Of a stretch of DNA of 64,000 bases, positions 10,975-21,109 are shown piece after piece. Position 1 is the stretch's first letter, and every line of letters starts with the position of its first letter. Below the pieces are notes generated by a model. That model saw only the letters and a list, made by a program, of their open reading frames with translations. It had not been told where the DNA came from and ran no database searches. The DNA comes from Nitrospirota bacterium (GTDB taxonomy: Bacteria; Nitrospirota; UBA9217), in assembly GCA_963663225.1 (NCBI GenBank), contig OY760142.1, positions 544,001-608,000 on the forward strand. Direction: 5' to 3'. The position numbers and the translations under genes were made by a program.

Positions 10975-12714
10975 CTACTTCACCGCTTTTAACGGCCGTT
11001 CTTCTTTCTTTTTTTCATCGCCGAAGCGCATCTCGTTAATGGCTGCTCCCGGAGGCACGATGGGGAAAACATCTTCATACCGGTCGATCACAAAATCCAT
11101 GAATACCGGGAGCTTGATCTTGAGCGCTTCCTTCAGCACCGGAACAACTTCAGAAGGTTTTTCCGCCCGCAGCCCGACGGCGCCGTATGCCTGCGCCAGC
11201 TTCACGAAGTCCGGTGAATTGCCGAGATCGCTTGAAGAATAATGGCCGGAATAGAACATATCCTGCCATTGGCGCACCATGCCGAGGTATCGGTTGTTCA
11301 GCACGGCTGTTTTCACCTGAATATTGTATTCCACTGCCGTGGCAAGCTCCTGAATGTTCATCTGGACGCTGCCGTCGCCGGTGAGGCAGAATACCGTTTT
11401 GTCCGGATAGGCGACTTTGGCGCCGATTGCCGCCGGAAACCCGAGCCCCATCGTTCCGAGACCGCCGGACGTAATCAGCGTCCTCGGTTTATCGAACTTA
11501 TAGAATTGGGCGGCCCACATCTGGTGCTGACCGACATCGGTCGCAATGATGGCGTCCCCGCCGGTGACTTCGTACAGCTTTTCCACCACGAACTGGGGCT
11601 TGATAATGTCCTCGCGCTGCTCATACGAAAGAGGCCGCTCCGCGCGCCAGGCGTCGATTTGCTTCAGCCAGCTTTTACGGATGGCGTCCCACGGCTCTTT
11701 AGCGGCAAGTATCTCTTTGTTCAGCACCGCCATTACATGCTTGACATCTCCCACGATGGGAACGTCCACCTTCACATTTTTCCTGATCGAGGTCGGATCA
11801 ATGTCAATATGGATTATCTTGGCATTGGGTGCAAATCCCTCCACCCTCCCGGTCACGCGGTCATCGAACCGGGTGCCGATGGCGACAATAAGGTCTGAAT
11901 GATGGATGGCCATATTGGCGTAATAGGTTCCATGCATCCCCAGCATGCCAAGTGAAAGCGGATGCGTGCCGGGAAAACCACCCATCCCCATGAGCGATGT
12001 CGTAACCGGAATTTTCGTGGTTTCCGCGAATTCGATGACGCTTTCGGAGGCATTCGAACTTATGACGCCGCCGCCGGCAAACACCACCGGCCTCCTGGCA
12101 TTGACAATGACCTCAGCTGCCTGCTTAATCTGCCACTTATTGCCGACAATGGTGGGATGATAGCTTCTGATCTCAACGCTGTTCGGGTAAGAAAACTCCG
12201 TTTTATTCGTGACCACGTCTCTCGGAAGATCGATAAGCACCGGCCCCGGCCGTCCTGTCGAGGCAATATAAAACGCCTCTTTTATGGTCTGGGCGAGGTC
12301 CTTCACATCCTTTACCAGAAAGTTGTATTTGGTACAGGCGCGGGTGATACCGATGATGTCCGCTTCTTGAAATGCGTCATTGCCGATAAGCGCTGTGGGA
12401 ACCTGGCCGGTGAACATGACCATGGGAATGGAATCAATATGGGCGGTGGCAAGCCCCGTTACCACATTTGTGGCGCCCGGTCCGGAAGTGACCAGAGCGA
12501 CTCCCACCTTGCCGGTGGAACGCGCATAGCCGTCCGCCATGTGCACCCCGCCCTGTTCATGCCGGGGAAGGACGATGCGCAGGTCCCTCTGGCCGTACAG
12601 CACGTCAAATATCGGAAGAACAACGCCCCCGGGATAGCAAAAGAGCGTGTCCACTTTTTCTTTTTTCAGGCACTCCAGAAAAATTTCGGCGCCTTTTAAT
12701 TGTTTGCCGGACAT
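10975..12714 (-). CDS. ilvB: Acetolactate synthase large subunit, biosynthetic type
   Basis: YPGG, RHEQ, TSGPGATN, GMLGMHG, TPP-binding GDGS...NN motif. Start set at MSGKQLKG. Confidence 0.96.
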   Translation of the reverse strand: MSGKQLKGAEIFLECLKKEKVDTLFCYPGGVVLPIFDVLYGQRDLRIVLPRHEQGGVHMADGYARSTGKVGVALVTSGPGATNVVTGLATAHIDSIPMVMFTGQVPTALIGNDAFQEADIIGITRACTKYNFLVKDVKDLAQTIKEAFYIASTGRPGPVLIDLPRDVVTNKTEFSYPNSVEIRSYHPTIVGNKWQIKQAAEVIVNARRPVVFAGGGVISSNASESVIEFAETTKIPVTTSLMGMGGFPGTHPLSLGMLGMHGTYYANMAIHHSDLIVAIGTRFDDRVTGRVEGFAPNAKIIHIDIDPTSIRKNVKVDVPIVGDVKHVMAVLNKEILAAKEPWDAIRKSWLKQIDAWRAERPLSYEQREDIIKPQFVVEKLYEVTGGDAIIATDVGQHQMWAAQFYKFDKPRTLITSGGLGTMGLGFPAAIGAKVAYPDKTVFCLTGDGSVQMNIQELATAVEYNIQVKTAVLNNRYLGMVRQWQDMFYSGHYSSSDLGNSPDFVKLAQAYGAVGLRAEKPSEVVPVLKEALKIKLPVFMDFVIDRYEDVFPIVPPGAAINEMRFGDEKKKEERPLKAVK

Positions 12715-12813
12715 AGCATTCCTAACTGCTCGGATAATTCTTCTTCTGATCGCCATATCGGTGATCACAGGAAGTATTCTGCATGAAAGAATAGATGTGT
12801 GAAAATTGTTTTC

Positions 12814-14463
12814 TTACTTCAGCACAGCTCCGGTATTGGCGGATGTAACCAGCTTTGCATACCGGGAAAGCCAGCCGCTTTTTATTTTCGGCTCACGGGG
12901 TTTCCATGTCGCCAACCGTTTTTTCATTTCCTCGTCGGAAATTTTCAATTCCAGTCTGCGGTTGTGAACATCGAGAACTATTTTGTCTCCATCCTGCACA
13001 AGAGCGATGGGCCCGCCCTCGGCCGCCTCCGGAGAAATGTGCCCGATGCACGGTCCGCGCGTCCCTCCTGAGAACCTGCCGTCGGTCAAAAGCGCGACGG
13101 ATTCGCTCAACCCCATGCCGGTGATGGCGGAGGTGGGCGAAAGCATCTCGCGCATGCCCGGCCCCCCTTTTGGCCCTTCATACCGGATCACGACAACATG
13201 CCCCGGTTTGATCTTGCCGGCAAGAATGGCGGCCATGGCATCATCTTCCGCATCGAACACAACCGCCGTGCCTTCAAAGTAGGCCATCTTCTCGCTCATG
13301 GCGGTCTGTTTCACGACCGATCCATTCGGTGCAAGATTGCCGGTGAGTACGGCAATGCCGCCTTCTTTATGGTAAGCCTTGTCAAGCGGACGGATAACAT
13401 CGTCATTTCTTACCTTGCCCGCTTTTGCGATCTCAAGAATCGATTTTCCGCTCACAGTCGGCGAATCCTTGAGCACGGACGCAAACCGTGAGAGCACTGC
13501 CGGAATACCGCCCGCGGCGTCAAGATCCTCAAGATAATGGCGCCCTCCCGGAATCATGCTGCACACATGAGGCGTCTGGCGGCTGATGCCGTCGAACGTC
13601 TCCAGCGAGAGCTCTATTCCGGCATCATGCGCGATGGCGGGAATATGCAGCGTCGTGTTCGTCGACCCGCCCAGCGCCATATCAATGCGGATGGCATTCT
13701 CAAATGCGTTTTTTGTCATGATTGAACGGGGGGTGACCCCTTCCCGCACGAGCGAAACAACCCGTTTGCCGCTTTCGAAGGCGATCCGCCGCTTTTCGGA
13801 GGACACGGCCAGGGCTGTTGCTGAACCCGCCAGGCTCATGCCGAGCGTTTCGGTAACGCACGCCATGGTATTGGCCGTATACATCCCCTGGCACGATCCG
13901 GAGCCCGGGCAGACGCAGGTCTCGAGTTCAGCAAGATCCGCTTCGGACATTTCTCCGCTCTGCACTTTGCCAACAGCCTCGAAAGCGCTGATGAGATGCA
14001 CCCGTTCACCGCGATAATTGCCTGCAAGCATGGGTCCGGCGGTGACAACAACGGTCGGAATGTTGATTCTGGCCGCCGCCATAAGCATGCCGGGCGTGAT
14101 TTTATCGCAGTTCGTGAGCAGTATAAGGCCGTCAAAAGCATGCCCCAGCGCAACGGACTCTATCATATCGGCAATCAGTTCACGCGATGCCAGAGAATAA
14201 TGCATGCCGACATGCCCCATCACAATGCCGTCGCAGACACCGGGGATGCCGAAGAAAAACGGCCAGCCCCCTCCTGCATGCACGCCTTTTTCTATAAATC
14301 GCTCCAGGTCGCGCATCGTGTTGTGTCCGGGAATAAGATCGGTGAAACTTGTAGCAACACCGATCATGGGTTTATCAAGCTCGTCCCGGGTCATGCCCGA
14401 GGAAAGCAGGAGTGCCCTGTGCGGCGCGCGTTCCACGCCTTTTTTAATCCGATCGCTCTTCAT
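12814..14463 (-). CDS. ilvD: Dihydroxy-acid dehydratase
   Basis: [41 protein letters not shown] motifs; SD GAGGAGG. Confidence 0.97.
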   Translation of the reverse strand: MKSDRIKKGVERAPHRALLLSSGMTRDELDKPMIGVATSFTDLIPGHNTMRDLERFIEKGVHAGGGWPFFFGIPGVCDGIVMGHVGMHYSLASRELIADMIESVALGHAFDGLILLTNCDKITPGMLMAAARINIPTVVVTAGPMLAGNYRGERVHLISAFEAVGKVQSGEMSEADLAELETCVCPGSGSCQGMYTANTMACVTETLGMSLAGSATALAVSSEKRRIAFESGKRVVSLVREGVTPRSIMTKNAFENAIRIDMALGGSTNTTLHIPAIAHDAGIELSLETFDGISRQTPHVCSMIPGGRHYLEDLDAAGGIPAVLSRFASVLKDSPTVSGKSILEIAKAGKVRNDDVIRPLDKAYHKEGGIAVLTGNLAPNGSVVKQTAMSEKMAYFEGTAVVFDAEDDAMAAILAGKIKPGHVVVIRYEGPKGGPGMREMLSPTSAITGMGLSESVALLTDGRFSGGTRGPCIGHISPEAAEGGPIALVQDGDKIVLDVHNRRLELKISDEEMKKRLATWKPREPKIKSGWLSRYAKLVTSANTGAVLK

Positions 14464-14638
14464 GAAACCAGTTCCTCCTCATAGAACACTAAAAAACCGT
14501 GCCGCAGTGCAAAAAAGCGGCGTGAACCGCTCCGGCAGATTTTCAAGTATCTGCGATAGAGCGTCACAAAATGTTTCAGAATGGCCTGTACACGGCTGAT
14601 TATCATTATTTTTAACATAGATACTGGAATCGAGTCAA

Positions 14639-14680
14639 TAAAAAAATCCCTCTTTACTCTTCATGGTAAAGAGGGATTTT
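14639..14680 (-). terminator. 15-bp perfect inverted repeat, probably a second terminator after the DUF465 gene; abuts a candidate ilvD -35 (TTGACT, 14633-14638)
   Basis: AAAATCCCTCTTTAC (14643-14657), 8-nt loop, GTAAAGAGGGATTTT (14666-14680), with a U-run on the minus strand. Confidence 0.65.
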
Positions 14681-14696
14681 GCATTTCACCATGCAA

Positions 14697-14731
14697 TAAA
14701 ATACAAAAGGCAAGGTCTGGTTCACCCTGCC
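14697..14731 (-). terminator. Intrinsic terminator after the DUF465 gene
   Basis: Minus strand GGCAGGGT-gaaccag-ACCTTGCC followed by TTTTGTATTTT. Confidence 0.7.
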
Positions 14732-14740
14732 GTCACGTTA

Positions 14741-14977
14741 TCAGGCTTGTCCTGTCTTGGAGCGCCTGATTATATCCATCATTCTGTCTTTCGCGGCCAG
14801 CTTCAGTTTCTGGACCCGTTTTCTTTCCAACTCTTCCTCAGGAGTGAGGTAGCGGTGAGTCTCAAAGGTCAACAGGGTATTTTCAAGCTGAGTATGCTCT
14901 TTCTCCCACTTTTGATACTCCTGGTTCTCCATCCTGAGCCTTGCTACAAGTGCCTCTTCAACTGCCTCCACATTCAT
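14741..14977 (-). CDS. DUF465 / YdcH-like small coiled-coil protein
   Basis: 78 aa; EHTQLE...LTPEEELERKRVQKLKLAAKDRM pattern; SD AAGGAGG. Confidence 0.85.
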   Translation of the reverse strand: MNVEAVEEALVARLRMENQEYQKWEKEHTQLENTLLTFETHRYLTPEEELERKRVQKLKLAAKDRMMDIIRRSKTGQA

Positions 14978-15061
14978 AATTCAGCCCTCCTTTAGGGTTT
15001 GATCTCGATGAGAAGGTTTAGAAAAAAGCAGCTCTGTTCCGTTATATTAATAATTAAAATT

Positions 15062-15090
15062 AGGTTAACACATTCCTCCAAAAAAGGCAA
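15062..15090 (-). promoter_or_regulatory. Putative sigma70 promoter of the DUF465 gene
   Basis: TTGCCT-N17-TAACCT with an extended -10 TG. Confidence 0.55.
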
Positions 15091-15248
15091 GAGAGAATAA
15101 ATCTTATTAATCAAATAGTTATTTGAGTTTTCCTATCGGTAAGTTCATAGGTCCATCGTGCCGACAAAAGAAGAGAACCGGCTTATATTCTGGAGCAGCG
15201 CGCCCTGCTACCGCCTCGATATGCCGTCTACAAAAAAATATCCCTGTT

Positions 15249-15743
15249 TCATTCGTTCGCAACACTCTGTATGAAGGCCCCCTGCCCAAGCGTCATGATT
15301 ACAGCGTCCTCCATTGGATTATCGTAATATTCTCTCCGTAATGAAGTGCCGGCAAAGCCGAGGTTGGAGTAGAGCTTCTGGGCCGCGGTATTTGAAAACC
15401 TAACTTCAAGAAAAGCGCGCCGGGCGCCTTTTTGAAAGGCATGTTTGAGCCCTGCAAGCACCATTTTCCTGGCAATCCTGCTCCTTCTGAATCCCGGTGC
15501 GACAGCAAGATTCAGGATATGCATTTCATCCTGCACAAGCCAGAATACCAGATAGCCCACCACGGTCCGTTCCGGTCCGTCTGCAAGCGCCACCATCAGC
15601 GTGGAAACATCGGGGCTCCTGAACTCGGAGAGAAAAAGGTTTTTTGACCAGGGCATGCTGAATGAGGCATGTTCAATGGCAAGAACCTGGTCAACATCCT
15701 CCTTCCGCATAAAGGTCACCGTAATGTTTGTTTTTTTTCCCAT
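15249..15743 (-). CDS. rimI: Ribosomal-protein-alanine N-acetyltransferase
   Basis: GNAT fold with IEHASFSMPWS, HILNLAV, LEVRFSN...LY...GF, RREYY...EDA; adjacent to tsaB. Confidence 0.92.
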   Translation of the reverse strand: MGKKTNITVTFMRKEDVDQVLAIEHASFSMPWSKNLFLSEFRSPDVSTLMVALADGPERTVVGYLVFWLVQDEMHILNLAVAPGFRRSRIARKMVLAGLKHAFQKGARRAFLEVRFSNTAAQKLYSNLGFAGTSLRREYYDNPMEDAVIMTLGQGAFIQSVANE

Positions 15744-16414
15744 GCTACTTCCGCCTCGGGCCTGCGTATATACATCGGGATCAGGCTGTCCGGATCGACT
15801 TGTTCGCCGTTTTTAATCATGTTCATGCCGATTTCAGCCACCGAAGCGGCAGAGGGAATTAGTGCGGAGAGCGGCGCGAATAATGCTGCATCGCCGAACG
15901 TCTGCTGTATCTCTTTTCGAAAAAGACAGGACGCTTCCCCGGTAAATATCGTCCTGCCGTTGAGCTGCTCTGCAAGCCGGGAAAACGGCACCACCCTTTC
16001 GGACAGCACCTGTTTGAGCGCAGATCCGTCAAAAGCATAGAGAGCGGCATAGACTTCATGCTTGCGGGCATCAAGCAGCGGACAGACGGGGTATGCCGCA
16101 TGCGGAAGGTTCCATGCAAGCGCTTTCAGCGTGGGCACGGCAGCCACGGGTTTGCCGGTTGCGAACGCAAGCCCTTTGACCGTGGAAATACCTATCCGGA
16201 GGCCGGTGAACGACCCCGGGCCGATTGCAACCGCAAAGCCATCGAACTGGGATATGTTCATACGGGTGTCGCCCAACACACGATCCACGGTTGCCATCAG
16301 CCGCTCGGAGTGCGTCACTTCGATGTTTAACGTATATTGCGCGACAACACCCTGTTCGGAAACAACGGCAACACCGCCCGTCTTGGTTGATGTTTCGATG
16401 CCGAGGATATTCAT
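15716..16414 (-). CDS. tsaB: tRNA threonylcarbamoyladenosine biosynthesis protein TsaB
   Basis: [36 protein letters not shown] motifs. Confidence 0.95.
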   Translation of the reverse strand: MNILGIETSTKTGGVAVVSEQGVVAQYTLNIEVTHSERLMATVDRVLGDTRMNISQFDGFAVAIGPGSFTGLRIGISTVKGLAFATGKPVAAVPTLKALAWNLPHAAYPVCPLLDARKHEVYAALYAFDGSALKQVLSERVVPFSRLAEQLNGRTIFTGEASCLFRKEIQQTFGDAALFAPLSALIPSAASVAEIGMNMIKNGEQVDPDSLIPMYIRRPEAEVAWEKKQTLR

Positions 16415-16492
16415 GCCCGTACCTTACCTCAAAAGCCGCTTCCTGTCAAAATCAAAACCGCATGCCTTCCGATGCCGCACTGAAGGCCGATT

Positions 16493-17377
16493 TCACTGTA
16501 AATATTTGTCGAAAAAATCTCCGACTCTTTTTTCATATTCAACAGTTCCTGCTGCCGACAGCGTAGCGCCATGGTCGGCGCCTGGAACGAGCCAATACTC
16601 CTTCGGTTCACGCGCGGCTGCATACAATTTCCTGCCGTTATCCGCTGGAATAAGCGTATCCTTCTCTCCTGCTATGATGAACACGGGCGCCGGGGCGATC
16701 TCCGTTATCACGCTCACGGGTGAAATCTGATCGATGCGCACCTGAAAATACACTTCATAGCCGAAAACAGCGAGATACAAAAATGGGAACGCAGGCAGGC
16801 GGTAAAAACCGTTGATGGCGTCCCGCGCCTGGTCGCGCAGGCTTGTAAATGCGCTGTCCGCTATGAGTGCGGAGAATGCCCTGGTCTTTGCCGCGGCCAG
16901 TATTGCCGAAGAAGCACCCATGGAAAAACCGTATATGCCGATGCGGTTTGCATTGATTTCCTGCCTGGTTTTGAGGAAAGCAAGTGCTGCGGTGATATCC
17001 TGCTGTTCATGATAACCGAGCGAACTCCGGCTGCCGCCGCTCTCACCGTGTGCGCGAAAGTCAAACAGGAGCACAGCATATCCGCGCCGGGAAAGGGCTG
17101 CCGCGAGTTCGGTAAAATCAGATTTGTTCGCTCCCACGCCGTGGCAGATAATGATTGCCGGAAAACGTGCGGCCGGTCGCGGCGGTTTGACCAGCCAGCC
17201 CCGCAACAGGATCCCGTCCTCGGACGAAAAGGACACGGTCTCGTAGTCAGCATGATATTCCGAGGGGGGAATGAACAGGGGATATTTCGGCGGATGGGTG
17301 TTGGTATAGACCAGGACAAGGGAGAAAACAACACTCAGCAGGATAATTCCAATAATAATGTTCAGTGCCGTTTTCAT
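16493..17377 (-). CDS. Membrane-anchored alpha/beta hydrolase (ABHD13/YqkD-like)
   Basis: N-terminal TM helix, HG oxyanion motif, DFRAHGES, nucleophile GFSMG, Asp (GEKDTLIP), His (GADHG). Start set at MKTALN. Confidence 0.88.
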   Translation of the reverse strand: MKTALNIIIGIILLSVVFSLVLVYTNTHPPKYPLFIPPSEYHADYETVSFSSEDGILLRGWLVKPPRPAARFPAIIICHGVGANKSDFTELAAALSRRGYAVLLFDFRAHGESGGSRSSLGYHEQQDITAALAFLKTRQEINANRIGIYGFSMGASSAILAAAKTRAFSALIADSAFTSLRDQARDAINGFYRLPAFPFLYLAVFGYEVYFQVRIDQISPVSVITEIAPAPVFIIAGEKDTLIPADNGRKLYAAAREPKEYWLVPGADHGATLSAAGTVEYEKRVGDFFDKYLQ

Positions 17378-17597
17378 GAGGATGAGGTACCGTCGAGACA
17401 CCGAGGAACGGCCCTCCCCACAGGCTGATTCAACGGGCCGTACGGTATGACCGGTTCATATGTGCACTGCTGCCATGTTTTGCCGCGTGTTCTGGTTCAT
17501 GGTCATGGAAATCAAACCGGTTCGGACATTCGGATCCCCTTCTCGTCAGTCATTATGCTGTGCTGACAGATTCCGGAAAAACCTGATGGATGCCCGC

Positions 17598-18317
17598 TTA
17601 ATCCCAGTTCAGGTAGAAGCCATTTGTCTTCTTCATCCACTCGGCAAGCTTTTCCACCGTCCTCGTGTCGTGTGCCAGGACGTCCGGTGCAAATTCCCCG
17701 ACCTTTTTTGCAAATGCGGACATATCCTTTGGACGATTAATAAACCTCGCCTCGACCCAGTCGGAACCTGCGCCTGTTATAGAAAATGAAGCTTCCTTTT
17801 GCTGCATCTTCAGCCAGGCAATGATCGTCTTCGTATCGAGACGGTGCCCCACGCTTTCCGTTCCCTGGATTTTTAAAATATCATAGGAATTGCTGCCTCT
17901 GACGACGCTCACAATATCCGGGAGTGAACCATATCCCTTTTGACTCTTGAAAATAAGATACCCTTTTGCCCGCAGGGGGGAGCGAAGTGAATCGATAAGG
18001 TCGCCGGAGCCTGTTGTCCTGACGCTGAAGCCTGCCAGCTTTTTGCCCTCCAGCCCTGTCCCGCCTTTTAGATTTTCGGACTGCAGCGCCACGGTCGAGA
18101 AAAAAGGCTCCGCCCGGACGCCGGCCGCGCGTTCGACACTTTCGATGATATCAGCGGAAAAGTTAAGTTCGCGGCGCTGTTCAGAACTCAGCAAAAGCGG
18201 CTTCGGTTTCAGAATCACGGCAGGCGCGGGTTTCTGCTGCTCCACCGGCTTATCGGCCTTGCATGAACTGACAAGCACAAGCATCGCGAACCCGAAGAAC
18301 AACAGCCTATAGGTCAT
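17598..18317 (-). CDS. DUF4253-domain lipoprotein
   Basis: Lipobox LVSSC; C-terminal GAGSDWVE...FAPDV...FYLNWD pattern typical of DUF4253. Confidence 0.78.
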   Translation of the reverse strand: MTYRLLFFGFAMLVLVSSCKADKPVEQQKPAPAVILKPKPLLLSSEQRRELNFSADIIESVERAAGVRAEPFFSTVALQSENLKGGTGLEGKKLAGFSVRTTGSGDLIDSLRSPLRAKGYLIFKSQKGYGSLPDIVSVVRGSNSYDILKIQGTESVGHRLDTKTIIAWLKMQQKEASFSITGAGSDWVEARFINRPKDMSAFAKKVGEFAPDVLAHDTRTVEKLAEWMKKTNGFYLNWD

Positions 18318-18591
18318 AGCGGATATCAAAATGGTGATGCTCTCCTTGTGATTGTCTCCGGTTGATTTCGACCGAGGTCACGTGCGCACCGCGCGGCCCC
18401 GTCCGGCACCACGCAATGGCTTCTTCTACTTTTTTCTCTTCTCCCTCGAAAAACGCCTCTACAGTGCCGTCCGGAAGATTTCGCACCCATCCACCGAGGC
18501 CAAGCCGTTCTGCCTGGTAGCGCGTGCTCGCCCGGAAAGCGACGCCCTGAACAAAACCATGAATAATAACCTGCGCACAAAGATATTTCAT
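18307..18591 (-). CDS. acyP: Acylphosphatase
   Basis: GFVQGVAFR, GWVRNLPDGTVE, GP motifs. Confidence 0.94.
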   Translation of the reverse strand: MKYLCAQVIIHGFVQGVAFRASTRYQAERLGLGGWVRNLPDGTVEAFFEGEEKKVEEAIAWCRTGPRGAHVTSVEINRRQSQGEHHHFDIRYDL

Positions 18592-18620
18592 GCCGTCAAA
18601 CGTCTTTTTGAACCAGCCCT

Positions 18621-19691
18621 CTATCGCGTGGTAACGCCTTTGCCTGCCGTCCTTCGCCGCCCTTTATTGGAAAAGCTTCGCTTTGCACGGGACTCCGTTC
18701 CTCTGCTGCCTGCATCTCTTCGCGTGCTGGTGCTCTGAATCATTCCTTCTCCAGGCTTTCCCGCCCGCCCCGGCGCTTTATGCATTCCCTGTTTTCCAGG
18801 CTTTCCAAATCCGTACCCTTTTCGTTCTTCTTCCCACTTTGCCGTGGTGCGGCCCGGCCTCAGGTCCGGTGTCCTGCCTTTATGTGCTTTTTTCCGGTCC
18901 GGAATTTTTGTCTCCGTTTTATGATAGCCGGGCTGCACAGAGGGCCGGGGCCGTTCTCTTCCGGTGTCAGCTTTGCCTGACAGGTCTTTCAGTGCGCTGA
19001 CCTCGTCCGTCGTCAGATGGCGATATGAGCCTTCCTGCAGATCACCGAGCGTAAGCGTTCCCGTTCGGACCCGTTTAAGCTTTATCACCGAGTGGCCGAC
19101 ACGATCGAACATGCGCCTGACCTGCCGCTTTCTGCCTTCGTGAATAGTGATCTCCAGCCACGAGTTTGCCTCTTCCTTTCTGATCTTTTTGATTTTCGCA
19201 GGAGCGGTTTTGCCGTCATCAAGATAGATGCCCTGCTCAAGTTCATTCAAGGCCTTTTCATCAACCACGCCTTTTACCTTCGCCAGATAGGTTTTTGGAA
19301 ACTCATGCTTCGGATGCGTGATCAAGTGCGCGAAGTCTCCGTCGTTCGTCATGAGCAAAAGTCCCTCGGTATTGTAATCAAGCCGCCCGACGGGGTACAC
19401 CCTGACTTTTACGCCCTGCAGGAGGTCTTGCACGGTGGGACGCCCTTCAGGGTCCGACATGGTCGTCATAAAACCAGCCGGTTTGTTCAGCATAATATAG
19501 GTCAGCGGCTGTCTGGGGTTGATCAGTTTGCCGTCCACCTTGATATGGTCTTTTGACGCATCAGCCTTCGTGCCGAGCTCGGTCACGAGCTTGCCGTTCA
19601 CCTTCACCCTGCCCTCTGCGATAAGTTCCTCAGCGGCCCGGCGCGACGTTATTCCCGCGGCAGATATGATTTTCTGAAGTCGTTCAAGCAT
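18621..19691 (-). CDS. rluB: rRNA pseudouridine synthase (RsuA/RluB family) with a long basic C-terminal tail
   Basis: S4 domain ERLQK...SRR, NKPAG, GRLD catalytic motif, EGRKRQVRRM. Start set at MLERLQK behind GAGGG. Confidence 0.9.
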   Translation of the reverse strand: MLERLQKIISAAGITSRRAAEELIAEGRVKVNGKLVTELGTKADASKDHIKVDGKLINPRQPLTYIMLNKPAGFMTTMSDPEGRPTVQDLLQGVKVRVYPVGRLDYNTEGLLLMTNDGDFAHLITHPKHEFPKTYLAKVKGVVDEKALNELEQGIYLDDGKTAPAKIKKIRKEEANSWLEITIHEGRKRQVRRMFDRVGHSVIKLKRVRTGTLTLGDLQEGSYRHLTTDEVSALKDLSGKADTGRERPRPSVQPGYHKTETKIPDRKKAHKGRTPDLRPGRTTAKWEEERKGYGFGKPGKQGMHKAPGRAGKPGEGMIQSTSTRRDAGSRGTESRAKRSFSNKGRRRTAGKGVTTR

Positions 19692-19916
19692 AATGCCCTC
19701 TTCTATATAAAAGTATTCATTCACTTTGCTGCTGCCCGGCGCGCGAACACACCGTAGTGTTTATTATACCTGCAATCCAGGCGAAACACAATATTGCGCG
19801 ATCAGCGATGAACCTTTGAGAATATTGTACGCCATTGCCGTTTGCCATCTCAGCGGCTATAATCATCTTGTGGATGTCGGCGGGGAGCGAAACCATCACA
19901 CTGCCCGGCGAAAATC

Positions 19917-20363
19917 ATGCGACTCTGGACAATACACCCGAAATATCTGGACACAAAAGGATTGGTGGCTCTCTGGCGTGAAGCGCTCCTGGCACAGAAG
20001 GTCCTGAAAGGAGAAACGCGGGGGTACCGCCATCATCCGCAGCTCCTCCGTTTTCAACAGCAGACGGACCCCGTCGCCGCAATCGCGCACTACCTGCAGG
20101 TTGTGTATGATGAATCACTGCGGCGGAGCTACAGCTTTCAGCGGAAAAAAATCGGCCGCAAAAGAAAATGCGCTGCGATACCGGAGACACGCGGCCAGCT
20201 AGCGTATGAATGGAGGCATCTTAAAAAAAAGCTGCGGGTGCGGGACAAGACACAGTACCGGGCAATACTGCGCATCCGCGAACCGGAGGCCCATCCCCTG
20301 TTCGCAATAAAAGACGGGGGGGTAGCCCCCTGGGAAAGGAGGAAACTCCCTGTCAGAAAATAA
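19917..20363 (+). CDS. Pyrimidine dimer DNA glycosylase / endonuclease V family protein
   Basis: MRLWTIHPKYLDTKGLVALWREALLAQKVL...GYRHHPQL...GQLAYEWRHL...HPLF...WE, typical of bacterial DenV-family members. Confidence 0.88.
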   Translation: MRLWTIHPKYLDTKGLVALWREALLAQKVLKGETRGYRHHPQLLRFQQQTDPVAAIAHYLQVVYDESLRRSYSFQRKKIGRKRKCAAIPETRGQLAYEWRHLKKKLRVRDKTQYRAILRIREPEAHPLFAIKDGGVAPWERRKLPVRK

Positions 20364-20418
20364 TCCGCATATCCTGAGCACACATGAGCTTTTGTGTCAG
20401 TATATGTGCCCCGCGTGG

Positions 20419-20895
20419 TTATTCCGTTTTTGGCGCATCGGCCGTACTCATAATTTCTCTCAGCTTCTTTCGGAAAAGCGCTGTCGCGTAAACCAAAAAC
20501 ATCGCTTTAGAGAGAAACATGCTTATGATTCCGAGAATTACCGCAATATACCATTGGAACCCGAAATGCCAGGCCAGAACAGTCACGGTCAGGCCCAAAA
20601 GACGCGTAATTCTGAAATTGGCCCGGGTGATCATAAAGGAATCAGCATGGTTCAGTCCATGCGGTACGATAACTGCGTCCGTTGATGAAGGGGCTTTATC
20701 CTGCGGCAATTCTATCTTGGGAGGTTCCGCCTTCAATGCTTTTGATACAAGCATCAACAGGAACCACATAATCATCAAAAAACAACCGATGTCCCAATTC
20801 CCGTACACGAAATACAATACAGCCAGCACAAGGTGAAGAATCCAGATAGGTTTCACAATGCGCTGATCATATAACTGCACATACACGCTTGCCAT
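20419..20895 (-). CDS. Hypothetical membrane protein with about 4 TM helices
   Basis: Two pairs of hydrophobic helices. SD GAGG before ATG 20895 and its own promoter upstream. Confidence 0.65.
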   Translation of the reverse strand: MASVYVQLYDQRIVKPIWILHLVLAVLYFVYGNWDIGCFLMIMWFLLMLVSKALKAEPPKIELPQDKAPSSTDAVIVPHGLNHADSFMITRANFRITRLLGLTVTVLAWHFGFQWYIAVILGIISMFLSKAMFLVYATALFRKKLREIMSTADAPKTE

Positions 20896-20957
20896 ACTAC
20901 CTCGCCTCCGATCATGCAATGTCTGCTCAAAGTTTCCCACCGTAAACACAAGACTCT

Positions 20958-20986
20958 AGTCTACCCACTGTAATGCTTCCTGTCAA
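20958..20986 (-). promoter_or_regulatory. Putative sigma70 promoter of the hypothetical membrane protein
   Basis: TTGACA-N17-TAGACT. Confidence 0.65.
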
Positions 20987-21109
20987 TACAGATGTTTACA
21001 ACGATACGCCGTGTGCAGGCTGACTGGTGCCGCTCTTGAAGGCATGGGGAGTGCAGTCAAAAATATTCTACCGCAGGGTTTGACAGGAGAATCCGGCCGC
21101 CGAAGACTG

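Noticed and set aside
15133-15160. ACCGATAG as a third sigma28 -10 element
   Set aside because: No TAAA-like -35 at the correct spacing, and a good sigma70 promoter explains the downstream gene.
18621-18980. Basic low-complexity C-terminal tail of RluB as a novel domain
   Set aside because: Disordered Arg/Lys/Gly-rich tails are common in this family, and no periodicity was seen.
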